Counted from the first letter of the stretch, positions 1 through 9,569 are shown. The stretch: DNA of 64,000 bases from Candidatus Saccharimonadota bacterium (GCA_028289135.1 JAQGGW010000005.1:2941-66940), one strand, 5' to 3'. The notes: generated by a model from the letters alone, not told the origin. A program made the numbers and translations.

Positions 1-459
1 GGCGCCGTTTTTTCGGCGGAGCTTGAGGCGTTTGCTGCGGAAACAGGCAGAAAAATATCTTTGGAACTAGAACCAGGAACCTGGTTGGTCGCGCACGCAG
101 GTACGCTTGTGGCGCAAGTTGCGGACATTGTAGATACAGGTCCTCATGGCCGTACATTTTTACGCCTTAACACAGGGATGAATGACCTTATCCGGCCAAC
201 CATGTACGGCGCACAGCACCAGATTGAAGTGCTGAACAACAGCGAGGAAACTAAAAGTTACGTAGTAGTTGGACACAACTGCGAATCTGGCGATATATTA
301 ACACCAGCTCCAGGCAACCCAGAAGAAATTGCCGAACGCGTTTTACATAAAGCAACAATTGGTGATGTTGTCGCCATCTACGACACTGGTGCCTACGGCC
401 GCTACTTTGCAGTAGCCGGCTACAACTCATTCCCATCTGCTAAAGAAATCACCGTTTAG
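1..459 (+). CDS. 3' part of a fold-type III PLP-dependent decarboxylase (diaminopimelate decarboxylase LysA-like); 5' end lies outside the window
   Basis: Frame 1 is open from base 1. C-terminal motifs GHNCESGDIL and YDTGAYG..YNSFP are typical of the LysA/ornithine decarboxylase beta-barrel domain. Confidence 0.7.
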   Translation, partial: GAVFSAELEAFAAETGRKISLELEPGTWLVAHAGTLVAQVADIVDTGPHGRTFLRLNTGMNDLIRPTMYGAQHQIEVLNNSEETKSYVVVGHNCESGDILTPAPGNPEEIAERVLHKATIGDVVAIYDTGAYGRYFAVAGYNSFPSAKEITV

Positions 460-460
460 C

Positions 461-1210
461 TTATTCCTGGATAATAACTGTGTCACCAATATCCAAGACA
501 CCTGCCGCAATAAGTGCGTCCTGAAAAGAAGGGTTAGTGCGGGCACAGCCATGACTGTCTTTTCTCCCGAGATGGCTTACGACTCTTGTACCATGCACGG
601 CTACCTTGCCGTTAACATATCTTGGCCTGTAAAGTTGAGGTTCCGCGCCATTCGCTTCCAAGTCTGAGTGCACCCAGCCCGACTCGCTCGTACGGCTGCG
701 CTGCACGACAAAGCTGCCGTCTGCCGTTTCGCGGTCTTGGTAAGAGGTAGATTTACCGGTTGAAGTAAGATCGGCAAGCAACACTTTTCCATATCTGTAG
801 GCAACAATTGTCTGGTCGGACTTATCAATGACGACTGCATTATTTCTTTTATCTTTTGCGCTATTCATTTTGGCTATGCCGGCACCGCTCATAATCGATG
901 AGTATGTAGCTGGGCCAATGTTTCCAAAGCCTGATTGATTTTGGGAAGTTATACCTGCCTCAATCTGAAACGCGCCAACTGCATACGCAATGGTTGGGTC
1001 AACAAAGCCGTCGGCTCGCAAAAGTGCTTGTGCGGCCTTCATGCAGGTAGGTGTAACTTCGCCAAGATTTTTGACACTGGTTGGACAATCCGTGGCAGTT
1101 TCGGTTCCTGGATAGTAATTAGTTGGAGCGGCTTCAGCTAACCCAGGAGCGCCAAATGCCATACTGGTTGAAAGAGCTGCGCCTAAGAGTTGATTACGTA
1201 ATCCCATCAT
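461..1210 (-). CDS. Secreted L,D-transpeptidase (YkuD fold)
   Basis: Hydrophobic N-terminus ending AEA. C-terminal HG..(14 aa)..SHGCARTN matches the His/Cys catalytic motif of YkuD domains. Confidence 0.8.
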   Translation of the reverse strand: MMGLRNQLLGAALSTSMAFGAPGLAEAAPTNYYPGTETATDCPTSVKNLGEVTPTCMKAAQALLRADGFVDPTIAYAVGAFQIEAGITSQNQSGFGNIGPATYSSIMSGAGIAKMNSAKDKRNNAVVIDKSDQTIVAYRYGKVLLADLTSTGKSTSYQDRETADGSFVVQRSRTSESGWVHSDLEANGAEPQLYRPRYVNGKVAVHGTRVVSHLGRKDSHGCARTNPSFQDALIAAGVLDIGDTVIIQE

Positions 1211-1236
1211 TTAATTATATCAAAAAACAAAGCGTC

Positions 1237-3168
1237 TTAGGAGATCTTAACAGCGATCAGCTCGGCGTTAAGACGTGAATCTTCGCCCATACCGTAGTAC
1301 TCGTACGAAGGCGTCGCATTGTTGACCAGAAGGCTGTAGAGAATGGTGCGAAGGCGCAGCAGCAGGTTCGACTGCTTGGCGATAACGCGCTCGCGGGCGA
1401 CACTAATAATCCAGTCTTTCATATTGTCGTTTGGCGTCAGGTCTTGGCGCGAGGCAATGTCTTTAATGACCTGTTCAACATCGGTTTGCTCCAAGAAGCC
1501 AAAGTTGGCTGCAATTGAAAGCAAACTTGTGCCTTTGACGGGGTCATTCTCAAACTGTGTGATGTTATAGCGCTCTTTAGGGTCAACATATGGTGTCCGG
1601 CTGCGCACAATCGTCAGGCTAATAATGTGCTCCGGCAGTGTGTGGTAGCGGTTGATAAAAAGCTCGAGCAGCGGCGGGACTTTGTCGGTGAGCTTGGTGG
1701 CATGGTGGTTGGTTAGGATCAGCAGACTTCGTTCAGACGGATGGCTTTGGTGTTGTTTAAGCTCCAGTGCATCGGCCATCGTAATGGTCGAAAAGTCGTC
1801 CAGCGTGGCGTTCCAGTAGCGTTTGCCCCAGCGCCAAGTGACCATAATAATATAGAGTATCAGGCCGATGCTAAGCGGCACGTAACCGCCATCCAAAAAT
1901 TTTAGGCTGTTGGCAGTTAAGAACATAAAGTCGAGCGCCAGCAGCGGCACAAATAAAATAATGCTTGTGGCCTTGGACCAGTTCCAGAGTTTCTGCGCAA
2001 TCAAAATCATGCTGAGGGTAGTAATGACCATTACGCCCGAGACGGCTAGGCCGTAGGCGCTGGCCAGCTTGGCGCTGCTGCCAAAAGTAATAACCAAAAT
2101 GACGCAACCAATATAAAGTGCCCAGTTAACAAACGAAATGTAAATCTGCCCAGCGTGGTGTTCGTGCGTGTGCTGGATCCTCAGACGCGGCAAAAGACCA
2201 AGGTTGACGCCCTGCGCGGCCAAACTGAACGCGCCAGAAATTAAAGCCTGACTGGCAATGACAGTGGCCATGGCAGCCAGCAGCACAACCGGGACCAAAA
2301 TGGCAGAAGGCACCAGGCTATAAAATAAGTTGCCGCCAACGACAGTTTTGCCCTGGAGCAAAAAAGCGCCTTGTCCAAGGTAGTTAAGCATTAAGCAAGG
2401 CATGACCACCACAAACCAGCTGAGGCGGATTGGCAGCCGGCCAAAGTGTCCCATGTCGGCATACAGTGCTTCGCCCCCGGTAATGACCAGCATGACTGAA
2501 CCCAGTACAATAAGCAGCTTTGAAAAAGAAAAAAGCGTAAAGGCGTGGACGGCATAATATGGGTCAAAGGCTTTTAAAATTCCCGGTGCCGAAACAATCT
2601 GGTGAAGGCCCAAAAGCGCGATGGTTATAAACCAAATAAAAATAACCGGCCCGAATAGCTTGCCGATTTTTGATGTCCCACGAGACTGGATTGCAAACAG
2701 GCCGGTTAGGATTGCGAGCGTAATGGGAATGATAAAGGGCGCAAGACCGGGGCTCACAACCTTAAGTCCTTCAACCGCCGAAAGCACGCTAATGGCCGGT
2801 GTGATAATACCGTCGCCAAAAAGCAGGCCGGCGGCAATAATTAACAGGGAAGAAACGGTCAAAATTACCTTGGTTTTATGAGCCTTTAAGAGTGCAAAAA
2901 GTGCAAAAACACCGCCTTCGCCTTCATTGTCTGCCCTCAGAACCCAAAAAACGTACTTGAAGGCCACGACTAAAATCAATGACCATAAAACTAAAGAGAT
3001 AAGACTTAAAATGTTGCTAGCGGATTGGGCTGGATGGGCGCGCCCGAAGAAGATTTCATTTACCGAGTACAGCGGGCTGGTGCCGATATCGCCAAAAACA
3101 ATGCCTAAGGCACCGAATGAAAGGCCGGCTATGCCAGCTTTTGAACGTTTACTAAGAGCGGACGACAT
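1237..3168 (-). CDS. kup: KUP/HAK/KT potassium uptake transporter
   Basis: 643 aa with the GDIGTSPLY signature near the N-terminus, many hydrophobic segments and a soluble C-terminal domain. Confidence 0.93.
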   Translation of the reverse strand: MSSALSKRSKAGIAGLSFGALGIVFGDIGTSPLYSVNEIFFGRAHPAQSASNILSLISLVLWSLILVVAFKYVFWVLRADNEGEGGVFALFALLKAHKTKVILTVSSLLIIAAGLLFGDGIITPAISVLSAVEGLKVVSPGLAPFIIPITLAILTGLFAIQSRGTSKIGKLFGPVIFIWFITIALLGLHQIVSAPGILKAFDPYYAVHAFTLFSFSKLLIVLGSVMLVITGGEALYADMGHFGRLPIRLSWFVVVMPCLMLNYLGQGAFLLQGKTVVGGNLFYSLVPSAILVPVVLLAAMATVIASQALISGAFSLAAQGVNLGLLPRLRIQHTHEHHAGQIYISFVNWALYIGCVILVITFGSSAKLASAYGLAVSGVMVITTLSMILIAQKLWNWSKATSIILFVPLLALDFMFLTANSLKFLDGGYVPLSIGLILYIIMVTWRWGKRYWNATLDDFSTITMADALELKQHQSHPSERSLLILTNHHATKLTDKVPPLLELFINRYHTLPEHIISLTIVRSRTPYVDPKERYNITQFENDPVKGTSLLSIAANFGFLEQTDVEQVIKDIASRQDLTPNDNMKDWIISVARERVIAKQSNLLLRLRTILYSLLVNNATPSYEYYGMGEDSRLNAELIAVKIS

Positions 3169-3233
3169 GCCTATAGAGTACCTTTAACCCTTATGTTTTT
3201 GCAAAAAAATATGCCATGAAAAGTAAGCATTCA

Positions 3234-3262
3234 TTGTTGATCTTAAGACAAGCAGTTATAAT
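3234..3262 (+). promoter_or_regulatory. Sigma70-like promoter for tRNA-Cys
   Basis: TTGTTG (3234-3239), 17-nt spacer, TATAAT (3257-3262), about 16 nt upstream of the tRNA. Confidence 0.5.
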
Positions 3263-3278
3263 TGTCCCTGTTCTTTAA

Positions 3279-3352
3279 GGCGCCTTGGCCGAGTGGTTAG
3301 GCAGAGCTCTGCAAAAGCTCGTACACCGGTTCGAATCCGGTAGGTGCCTCCA
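3279..3352 (+). tRNA. tRNA-Cys (GCA), CCA encoded
   Basis: Hand-folded cloverleaf: acceptor GGCGCCT/AGGTGCC, anticodon arm GAGCT-CTGCAAA-AGCTC, T arm ACCGG-TTCGAAT-CCGGT, terminal TCCA. Confidence 0.9.
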
Positions 3353-3448
3353 TACCCCACAAAGCAGGCTTTGCGGGGACCCCAGTTGAAACCTTATTTT
3401 ATGCTAATGTATGACACGCGGTTACAGTTGGCTTACGTAGGGATAAAC

Positions 3449-3533
3449 GCGAGAGTGGCGGAATGGTATACGCGACAGACTTAAAATCTGTTTCCCACAA
3501 GGATTGAGGGTTCAAGTCCCTCCTCTCGCACCA
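3449..3533 (+). tRNA. tRNA-Leu (UAA), long variable arm, CCA encoded
   Basis: Acceptor GCGAGAG/CTCTCGC, anticodon arm ACAGA-CTTAAAA-TCTGT, T arm GAGGG-TTCAAGT-CCCTC, ACCA end. Confidence 0.9.
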
Positions 3534-3535
3534 AC

Positions 3536-3570
3536 TAAAAAAGCCATGCCGCAAGGTATGGCTTTTTTAG
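3536..3570. terminator. Bidirectional intrinsic terminator
   Basis: 9-bp stem AGCCATGCC/GGTATGGCT with GCAA loop, flanked by an A-run on the left and a T-run on the right. Confidence 0.75.
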
Positions 3571-3580
3571 TTGGCTGCAG

Positions 3581-3685
3581 GCTGGGACTTGAACGGGAGC
3601 GCCAGTGGCGCTCCCCGACCCGAAGCCCGAGAACTCGTTCGAGGGTCGCTAGTTTACTAGCGAGGCAAGTCCATGAGTCACCAGC
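3581..3685 (-). ncRNA. Unassigned, strongly structured element (closed four-way junction); candidate small RNA; strand uncertain
   Basis: Closing helices GCTG(3581-84)/CAGC(3682-85) and GGACTTG(3585-91)/CAAGTCC(3666-72). Three internal hairpins: GGGAGCGCC/GGCGCTCCC, GACCC/GGGTC, CGCTAG/CTAGCG. It abuts the bidirectional terminator. Both overlapping ORFs are implausible. Confidence 0.3.
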
Positions 3686-3762
3686 TTTATAAAACACGTA
3701 AATTCTCAGCTTTCTCTCAAGTAAAGTGCTATACTATTTATATAAACTAAAGCGGAGTTAAA

Positions 3763-4326
3763 ATGATGATTTTTGTTATTATCGCTATCGTTGTTGTCTT
3801 GGTGGCAGTATTTGCCGGCATGTATAACGGCCTTATTAAGCTAAATGTCCGTGCCGAAGAGGCCTGGAGCGACATTACCGTCCAAATGAAGCGCCGTTTG
3901 GATCTTATCCCAAACCTCGTAAACACCGTTAAAGGTTATGCAACTCACGAAAAGACCGTTTTTGAAGACGTAACCGCTGCCCGCAGCGCCATGGTTAACG
4001 CATCGGGTCCAGCCGACACTGCCAAGGCCGAAAACCAGTTCCAGACAGCCATGAAGAGCATCTTTGCTGTTGCCGAAGCTTACCCAGAGCTTAAAGCCAA
4101 CGAAAACTTCAAAGAACTCCAGGCCGAGCTTGTTGACACCGAAGACAAAATCCAGGCTTCACGCCGCTTTTATAACGGTGTTGTCCGTGACTTTAACACC
4201 AAGCGCAAAGTTTTCCCGACCAGCATTTTTGCCGGCATGCTTGGCTTTAACAAAGACCGTGAATTCTTTGATGTTGCAGAATCAGACCGTGCAGCCGTAG
4301 ACGCACCAGTAGCCGTTAATTTCTAG
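3763..4326 (+). CDS. lemA: LemA family membrane protein
   Basis: 187 aa with an N-terminal TM helix. Residues YNGLIKL..E.AWSDI....KRR.DLIPNLV match the LemA family pattern. Confidence 0.9.
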   Translation: MMIFVIIAIVVVLVAVFAGMYNGLIKLNVRAEEAWSDITVQMKRRLDLIPNLVNTVKGYATHEKTVFEDVTAARSAMVNASGPADTAKAENQFQTAMKSIFAVAEAYPELKANENFKELQAELVDTEDKIQASRRFYNGVVRDFNTKRKVFPTSIFAGMLGFNKDREFFDVAESDRAAVDAPVAVNF

Positions 4327-4352
4327 CACCTACCTAATTCCTGGAGACGTGA

Positions 4353-5231
4353 ATGTATAGCGCCATAGCCGAAAACAAACGACGGACAGTCATTATTATG
4401 GCTTTCTTCATCCTTATTGTTGGTGGCTTGGGCTGGGTGTTTAGCAAGGTTTATGGCGGCGGGCGTCCAAGCATTACCATCGGCGTATTAGTCGGCGCGC
4501 TGATTTATACCGTCATTAGTTACTACACTGGCTCAAAAGTCGCTTTGGCAGTTAACGGCGCCCAGCCCGTTGCCAAGGCCGACAATCCACGGCTTTATCG
4601 GATTGTTGAAAACCTGGCAATTACCGACGGCCTCCCAACACCAGCGATATATATGATGGACGACCCCAGCCCAAACGCCTTTGCCACCGGACGTGACCCG
4701 GAGCATTCGGCCGTTTGTGTCACGAGCGGGCTGATGGATATTATGGACGACGCGGAGCTCCAGGGTGTGATTGCCCACGAAATGGGCCATATTAAAAATT
4801 ACGACATCCGGGTAAACATTATTGCCTTTGCGCTGACGGCCGTCATTGGCCTGCTGGCAGACATAATGCTGCGTATGGCGTGGTTTGGTGATGGTGACGA
4901 CGATAGCAACCAGATCTTTTTTATCCTTGGGATTATTGCCGCTATCTTAGCACCAGTGATTGCGACGCTAATCCAGCTTGCGGTTTCACGTCAACGCGAA
5001 TATCTGGCCGACGCGACCAGCGCAATCACAACCCGTTATCCAGAAGGCCTCGAAAGCGCGCTGGCAAAAATAGGCCAATCTGGTTCGGCTTTAAAAAAGC
5101 AAAACACCTCCACCTCGCATTTGTTTTTTGCTAACCCGCTTAAAAAACACGGCATCACAAACCTGTTTAGTACCCACCCGCCAATCGAAGACCGGATTAA
5201 CCGCTTGCGCGAAATGGGCCGGAAAGCCTAA
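4353..5231 (+). CDS. htpX: M48-family zinc metalloprotease HtpX
   Basis: HEMGHIKNYD zinc motif, four hydrophobic segments, and the usual lemA-htpX pairing. Confidence 0.92.
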   Translation: MYSAIAENKRRTVIIMAFFILIVGGLGWVFSKVYGGGRPSITIGVLVGALIYTVISYYTGSKVALAVNGAQPVAKADNPRLYRIVENLAITDGLPTPAIYMMDDPSPNAFATGRDPEHSAVCVTSGLMDIMDDAELQGVIAHEMGHIKNYDIRVNIIAFALTAVIGLLADIMLRMAWFGDGDDDSNQIFFILGIIAAILAPVIATLIQLAVSRQREYLADATSAITTRYPEGLESALAKIGQSGSALKKQNTSTSHLFFANPLKKHGITNLFSTHPPIEDRINRLREMGRKA

Positions 5232-5237
5232 CAAATT

Positions 5238-6254
5238 ATGCCGGCAAAAAAGGCTCCCAAAAAAGACACGGCTGTTTCTAAAAAAGTTGTAAAAAAACCA
5301 GTTGCAAAACAAGCGCGCATAATAAAGTCTGACAATGGCGCCAGGCTAAAAAAACTCGGTCGTAAGCAAAAACGCAAACAGCGCGCCGCAAAACTTAAAG
5401 CCGCCCAAAAGCTAAAAACTTTGCCAACAGCGTGGGTTGTACTTGGCAGATCAGTCCGCCACCTGTACAGGCATAAAAAACTTTTCTTAGGCATCTTGCT
5501 GGTCTATGCAATTTTATACGTAATATTTATTAAAGGTTTTAGTGCCAACTTTAAGCTTGGAGACCTGCGCGCCAATCTAAACTCTACCTTCAAAGGCAAA
5601 CAGAATAGTTTCAGCTCGGGCGTGGCATTGTTCGGCCTGCTGCTTGGGACGGCCGGCACAACAAGCAGCGAAACTGGCGGTGTCTACCAAATGCTACTTA
5701 TTACCCTAACCAGTCTTGCGCTCATTTGGGCACTACGAAATACTTTCGGGAAATATCCAAAGGCAGGAATTAAGGAGAGTTTTTATAAAAGTACCGGACA
5801 GCTCGTGCCGTTTTTGGGCGTTGCATTGCTTATGATCGTGCAGCTTTTACCGGCGTTAATTGTGGCATCGCTTTACAGCAGCGTGCAGACAAATGGGCTC
5901 TTGGTTGGATATTTTCAAAGAGGCGTAGGCATTGCGATATTGCTGGCTGGACTGGCATGGACACTGTATATGCTCAGCAGCACGATGTTTGCGCTTTATA
6001 TTGTGACCCTGCCAAATGCCAAGCCGTGGGAGTCGCTCCGGGCTGCTAAAGACCTGGTGCGTTTCCGCCGGGTGCTGGTTATGAGAAAAGTTTTGTTTCT
6101 GCCAGTTGCACTGCTAGTTGCGGCAGCGGTGGTTTTGTTGCCGCTGATAATTTATATCCCAATTGCCGCGGAAGTGATATTTTTAGTTTTTACTATTTTA
6201 ATCCTGGGCGTAGTTCATAGTTACCTTTATACTTTGTACAGGAGCCTAATATAA
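5238..6254 (+). CDS. Membrane protein with a Lys-rich N-terminal tail; function unknown
   Basis: 338-aa ORF with a K/A-rich first 60 aa, then at least 5 hydrophobic helices. I recognise no family motif. Confidence 0.7.
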   Translation: MPAKKAPKKDTAVSKKVVKKPVAKQARIIKSDNGARLKKLGRKQKRKQRAAKLKAAQKLKTLPTAWVVLGRSVRHLYRHKKLFLGILLVYAILYVIFIKGFSANFKLGDLRANLNSTFKGKQNSFSSGVALFGLLLGTAGTTSSETGGVYQMLLITLTSLALIWALRNTFGKYPKAGIKESFYKSTGQLVPFLGVALLMIVQLLPALIVASLYSSVQTNGLLVGYFQRGVGIAILLAGLAWTLYMLSSTMFALYIVTLPNAKPWESLRAAKDLVRFRRVLVMRKVLFLPVALLVAAAVVLLPLIIYIPIAAEVIFLVFTILILGVVHSYLYTLYRSLI

Positions 6255-6276
6255 AAGTATTGAGGTATATTAATTA

Positions 6277-8295
6277 ATGACTAAATTAGAAGCTGAAGAG
6301 CGTATAAAAAAGCTCCGTATTTTAATTTCGGACTACCGCTACCATTATCATGTCCTGGATCAATCGACCATGAGCGAAGCAGCGGCAGACAGCCTAAAGC
6401 ACGAGCTTTCACAGCTAGAAGAACAATTCCCGGACCTTATAACGCCCGACTCCCCAACCCAGCGTGTGGCGGGTGTGGCGCTGGATAAGTTTGTAAAAGT
6501 CGAACATCTTTTCCCTATGATTAGCCTAAATGATGTCTTTAGCCGTGAAGAAGTTGAGGCATGGATTGTACGCACCGACAAATTGGCACCCGGCCAAACA
6601 CCAGAGTATTTTGTGGATATTAAAATGGACGGTTTGGCGTGTTCAATTATTTATCAAAATGGAATGCTGTCCCAAGCTGTAACCCGTGGCGATGGGCGGG
6701 TTGGCGAAGACGTAACAATGAATATCCGCACCATCGAAAACGTGCCGCTGATGCTGCGCCCGGCAAAAGGATACGAATATTTACTGCAGGGCCGCACTGA
6801 AGTCCGCGGCGAAATTGTGATGTATAAAACTGATTTTGAAGCGCTTAACAAAAAACGCGCTGATGCAAATTTGCCGCTGTTTATGAACCCGCGTAACCTT
6901 GCCGCTGGCACCATCCGCCAGCTTGACCCAAAGTTAGTTGCCGAACGTCCGCTGCATTTTAGGGCATATGATCTACTTCGCGAAAACCCGTCCGAAGTTC
7001 CTACAAACGCAAATGCATACGAAGCATTGTTGGCCGCTGGCGTCACCGCCAACCGCGAGGCAAAAGTTTTTCATACTGTTGATGATGTTATGAATTTTGT
7101 AAAAGAATGGGACGAAAAACGCAAGACGCTGCAGTTTAACACCGATGGGCTGGTGATTAAACTAAATGACCGCGCGCTTTATGCATCACTTGGCGTAGTC
7201 GGCAAAACTCCGCGCGGAGCAGTAGCTTACAAATACGCTGCCGAAGAAGCCACAACCGTTGTACGCGATATTGCCATTAGCATTGGCCGCACTGGCGCGG
7301 CAACACCAGTGGCAGTTTTTGACCCGGTTGTTGTAGCGGGCACAACAGTACAGCATGCCAGCCTGCACAATGCCGACGAAATTGCCCGCAAAGACATCCG
7401 CGTTGGTGACACTGTAATTATCTTTAAAGCCGGTGATATTATCCCCCAAGTTCAATCGGTTTTAACTGAACTTAGGCCAAAAGACACCTTAGTGTTTGAC
7501 TACAAAGCCGAGCTTGCCAAACAGTTTCCAGACCTTGAATTTGAACGCCCAGCCGGTGAGGCTGTCTACCGCGTAAAAGGCAACGCCGGCACAATTTTGC
7601 TTAAAAAAGAGCTGGAGCATTTTGCGAGCCGGGCAGCGCTGGATATTGACGGTTTGGGCGAAAAAAACGTCATCGCACTCATTGACGCACAGCTGGTGTT
7701 GGATATTGCCGATATCTATACCATCCGCAAACAGGATTTGCTGGAGCTTGATCGTTTTGCCGAAATTTCGGCAAGTAAACTCATTGCCGCCATCGCCGAC
7801 AAAAACCACCCCCAGCTGAGCCGTTTTTTATACGGCCTGGGAATCCGGCACATTGGGTCGCAAACGGCCATCGACCTAGCACGCGCTTTCAAAAGCCTGG
7901 ATAGGATCGGCACAGCTTCATACAAAGAACTTATGAGCATCGAAGGCGTCGGCGAGATCGTGGCAGATTCAATTTTAATGTGGTTTGAAGACGACGAACA
8001 CCAAAAACTTTTGGCCAAATTCCGAGCCATTGACGTCTGGCCAGAAGACGACAAAGGCTTGGTTGGCAAACTTGTCGGCGTAAGTATCGTAATTACCGGC
8101 AGCTTAGAAAGCATGAGCCGCGACGAAGCTGCCGACAAAATCCGGGCGCACGGCGGCACTTTCCAAAGCTCAGTCGCCAAAGGCACGACCTATCTTGTCA
8201 TGGGTGCAAAAGCCGGTGAATCCAAGGCCGACAAAGCTCGCAAACTTGGTACGGAAGTTATTGACGAAGCAAAACTTATTGAGCTAATTTCATGA
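6277..8295 (+). CDS. ligA: NAD-dependent DNA ligase
   Basis: 672 aa with the adenylation motif IKMDG, OB/Zn/HhH region and a C-terminal BRCT-like segment (VITGSL...RDEA...GG). Confidence 0.96.
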   Translation: MTKLEAEERIKKLRILISDYRYHYHVLDQSTMSEAAADSLKHELSQLEEQFPDLITPDSPTQRVAGVALDKFVKVEHLFPMISLNDVFSREEVEAWIVRTDKLAPGQTPEYFVDIKMDGLACSIIYQNGMLSQAVTRGDGRVGEDVTMNIRTIENVPLMLRPAKGYEYLLQGRTEVRGEIVMYKTDFEALNKKRADANLPLFMNPRNLAAGTIRQLDPKLVAERPLHFRAYDLLRENPSEVPTNANAYEALLAAGVTANREAKVFHTVDDVMNFVKEWDEKRKTLQFNTDGLVIKLNDRALYASLGVVGKTPRGAVAYKYAAEEATTVVRDIAISIGRTGAATPVAVFDPVVVAGTTVQHASLHNADEIARKDIRVGDTVIIFKAGDIIPQVQSVLTELRPKDTLVFDYKAELAKQFPDLEFERPAGEAVYRVKGNAGTILLKKELEHFASRAALDIDGLGEKNVIALIDAQLVLDIADIYTIRKQDLLELDRFAEISASKLIAAIADKNHPQLSRFLYGLGIRHIGSQTAIDLARAFKSLDRIGTASYKELMSIEGVGEIVADSILMWFEDDEHQKLLAKFRAIDVWPEDDKGLVGKLVGVSIVITGSLESMSRDEAADKIRAHGGTFQSSVAKGTTYLVMGAKAGESKADKARKLGTEVIDEAKLIELIS

Positions 8296-8840
8296 TCCCT
8301 ATTTTTGTGACTGGCAACAAAGGAAAAGTTGATGCTGTTAAAAAATGGCTTGGCTATGAACTGCCGCATGAGGATATAGACCTTGAGGAGCTACAGGAGC
8401 TTGATGCAAGGGTGGTGGTTGAACATAAAGCGCGCCAAGCTTACGAAATATTGAAAAAGCCGGTGTTGATTGACGATACTTCTCTTATTTTTAATGCACT
8501 CGGTAGGCTACCAGGCACTCTTATCAAATGGTTTTTAAGCGAACTTGACCTGGAAAAGTGCTGCCGTTTATTAGACAGTTTTGATGACAGGACGGCAACC
8601 GCGCGTGTGATGCTCGGATTGTTCGACGGCCATGAAATGCATATTTTTGATGCCGAAGTGCCTGGAAGTATTGCCCAGCATCCAAAAGGGGACGGCGGCT
8701 TTGGTTGGAATAGTATCTTCATCCCAAAAGGCAGCGAAAAAACCTACGCCGAAATGGACGACAAAGATCTTGATATCTATGCAGTAAGAAAAAAGACAGT
8801 GACCCAGCTAAAAACCTACCTTGACAAATTAGAAGCATAA
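8292..8840 (+). CDS. rdgB: Non-canonical purine NTP pyrophosphatase (HAM1/RdgB family)
   Basis: N-terminal FVTGNKGK motif, 182 aa, and a 4-nt overlap with the ligA stop. Confidence 0.8.
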   Translation: MIPIFVTGNKGKVDAVKKWLGYELPHEDIDLEELQELDARVVVEHKARQAYEILKKPVLIDDTSLIFNALGRLPGTLIKWFLSELDLEKCCRLLDSFDDRTATARVMLGLFDGHEMHIFDAEVPGSIAQHPKGDGGFGWNSIFIPKGSEKTYAEMDDKDLDIYAVRKKTVTQLKTYLDKLEA

Positions 8841-8935
8841 GCGTGTAATAGAAGAGTTCCCGTTCGAGCGGAAATCTCTTTAAGATTTTAAAACAAAAAC
8901 AAAAAGAGCATAGGGTGCAACCCGCTTGAAGCCAT

Positions 8936-8966
8936 AAAAAAGACCAAAGCGTATTGGTCTTTTTTA
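8936..8966. terminator. Intrinsic terminator after rdgB
   Basis: Stem AGACCAA/TTGGTCT with a 6-nt loop, an A-run before it and TTTTTT after it. Confidence 0.7.
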
Positions 8967-8973
8967 TAACCTT

Positions 8974-9002
8974 TTGACAGGGGTTAAATGGCTATGTAAA
9001 AT
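8974..9002 (+). promoter_or_regulatory. Consensus-like sigma70 promoter for tRNA-Ala
   Basis: TTGACA (8974-8979), 17-nt spacer, TAAAAT (8997-9002), 14 nt before the tRNA 5' end. Confidence 0.6.
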
Positions 9003-9015
9003 ACAGTGACGTTAA

Positions 9016-9092
9016 GGGGATGTAGCTCAGCTGATTAGAGCGCCGCGCTGGCAGTGCGGAGGCCCAGGGTTTGAATCCCTGTATCTCCACCA
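9016..9092 (+). tRNA. tRNA-Ala (GGC), CCA encoded
   Basis: GGGGATG/TATCTCC acceptor with a G3:U70 pair, anticodon loop CTGGCAG, T arm CAGGG-TTTGAAT-CCCTG. Confidence 0.9.
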
Positions 9093-9095
9093 ATT

Positions 9096-9127
9096 AAAAA
9101 GCCGTATCGTAAGATAGGGCTTTTTAA
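9096..9127. terminator. Bidirectional intrinsic terminator (tRNA-Ala and the convergent small ORF)
   Basis: Stem AGCCGTATC/GATAGGGCT (one mismatch) with GTAA loop, flanked by A-run and T-run. Confidence 0.65.
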
Positions 9128-9146
9128 TTTTAAAAGTGAGCTAAGA

Positions 9147-9413
9147 TTAGAGAGCTAAACGTGCGCGTTCTTCATCGGTGAAAGGGCGGCCAAGTGTACC
9201 GAGTCTCTCCGTAAAATCTTCAGGTAGTGAGCTCATGTGTGGCAAGGGGCCATAGGTATGCATGGTCTTAACAAGTCCAGCGATGTCTTCGGGATCAAGA
9301 CTAATTACATCCCAAGGTTGATCGGAAAAAACCTCGACATAGCCACCCTTAAGCGGTATGCCAGCTAGTGGTTCTAGAATTTTGCCTGACTCCTGGTTAC
9401 TACCTGTGGCCAT
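9147..9413 (-). CDS. Hypothetical small protein (88 aa)
   Basis: Intact ORF between a terminator and an AT-rich upstream region. No motif recognised. Confidence 0.5.
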   Translation of the reverse strand: MATGSNQESGKILEPLAGIPLKGGYVEVFSDQPWDVISLDPEDIAGLVKTMHTYGPLPHMSSLPEDFTERLGTLGRPFTDEERARLAL

Positions 9414-9569
9414 AATGTTATCATCCTAATTAATAAACAAACTGTATCATCTTTGTTATTTTTTGTCAGTCTGTAACATTTTGTTTATATATTCCTCAGG
9501 TTGTTCAGAGTAACCAAAAGCGGTATAGTATGTTCCATAAGATTTTAAGTAAAAAATAGGAACAAATTC

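Noticed and set aside
3581-3685. Interpreting the structured element as a non-canonical tRNA (Sec, or one with a long variable arm)
   Set aside because: No 7-bp acceptor pairing with the CCA-proximal sequence exists. No 5-bp T-stem flanks TTCAAGT. The candidate anticodon loops have C rather than U at position 33.
3504-3697. Two ~61-aa ORFs (+ and -) over the tRNA-Leu 3' end, the terminator and the structured element
   Set aside because: They read through a tRNA and a terminator hairpin. Their composition is dominated by Arg, Ser and Pro from GC-rich helices.
6654-8186. Minus-strand ORFs of 132 aa and 156 aa inside ligA
   Set aside because: They are antisense to a well-supported ligA reading frame. 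They are typical shadow ORFs of a GC-balanced gene.
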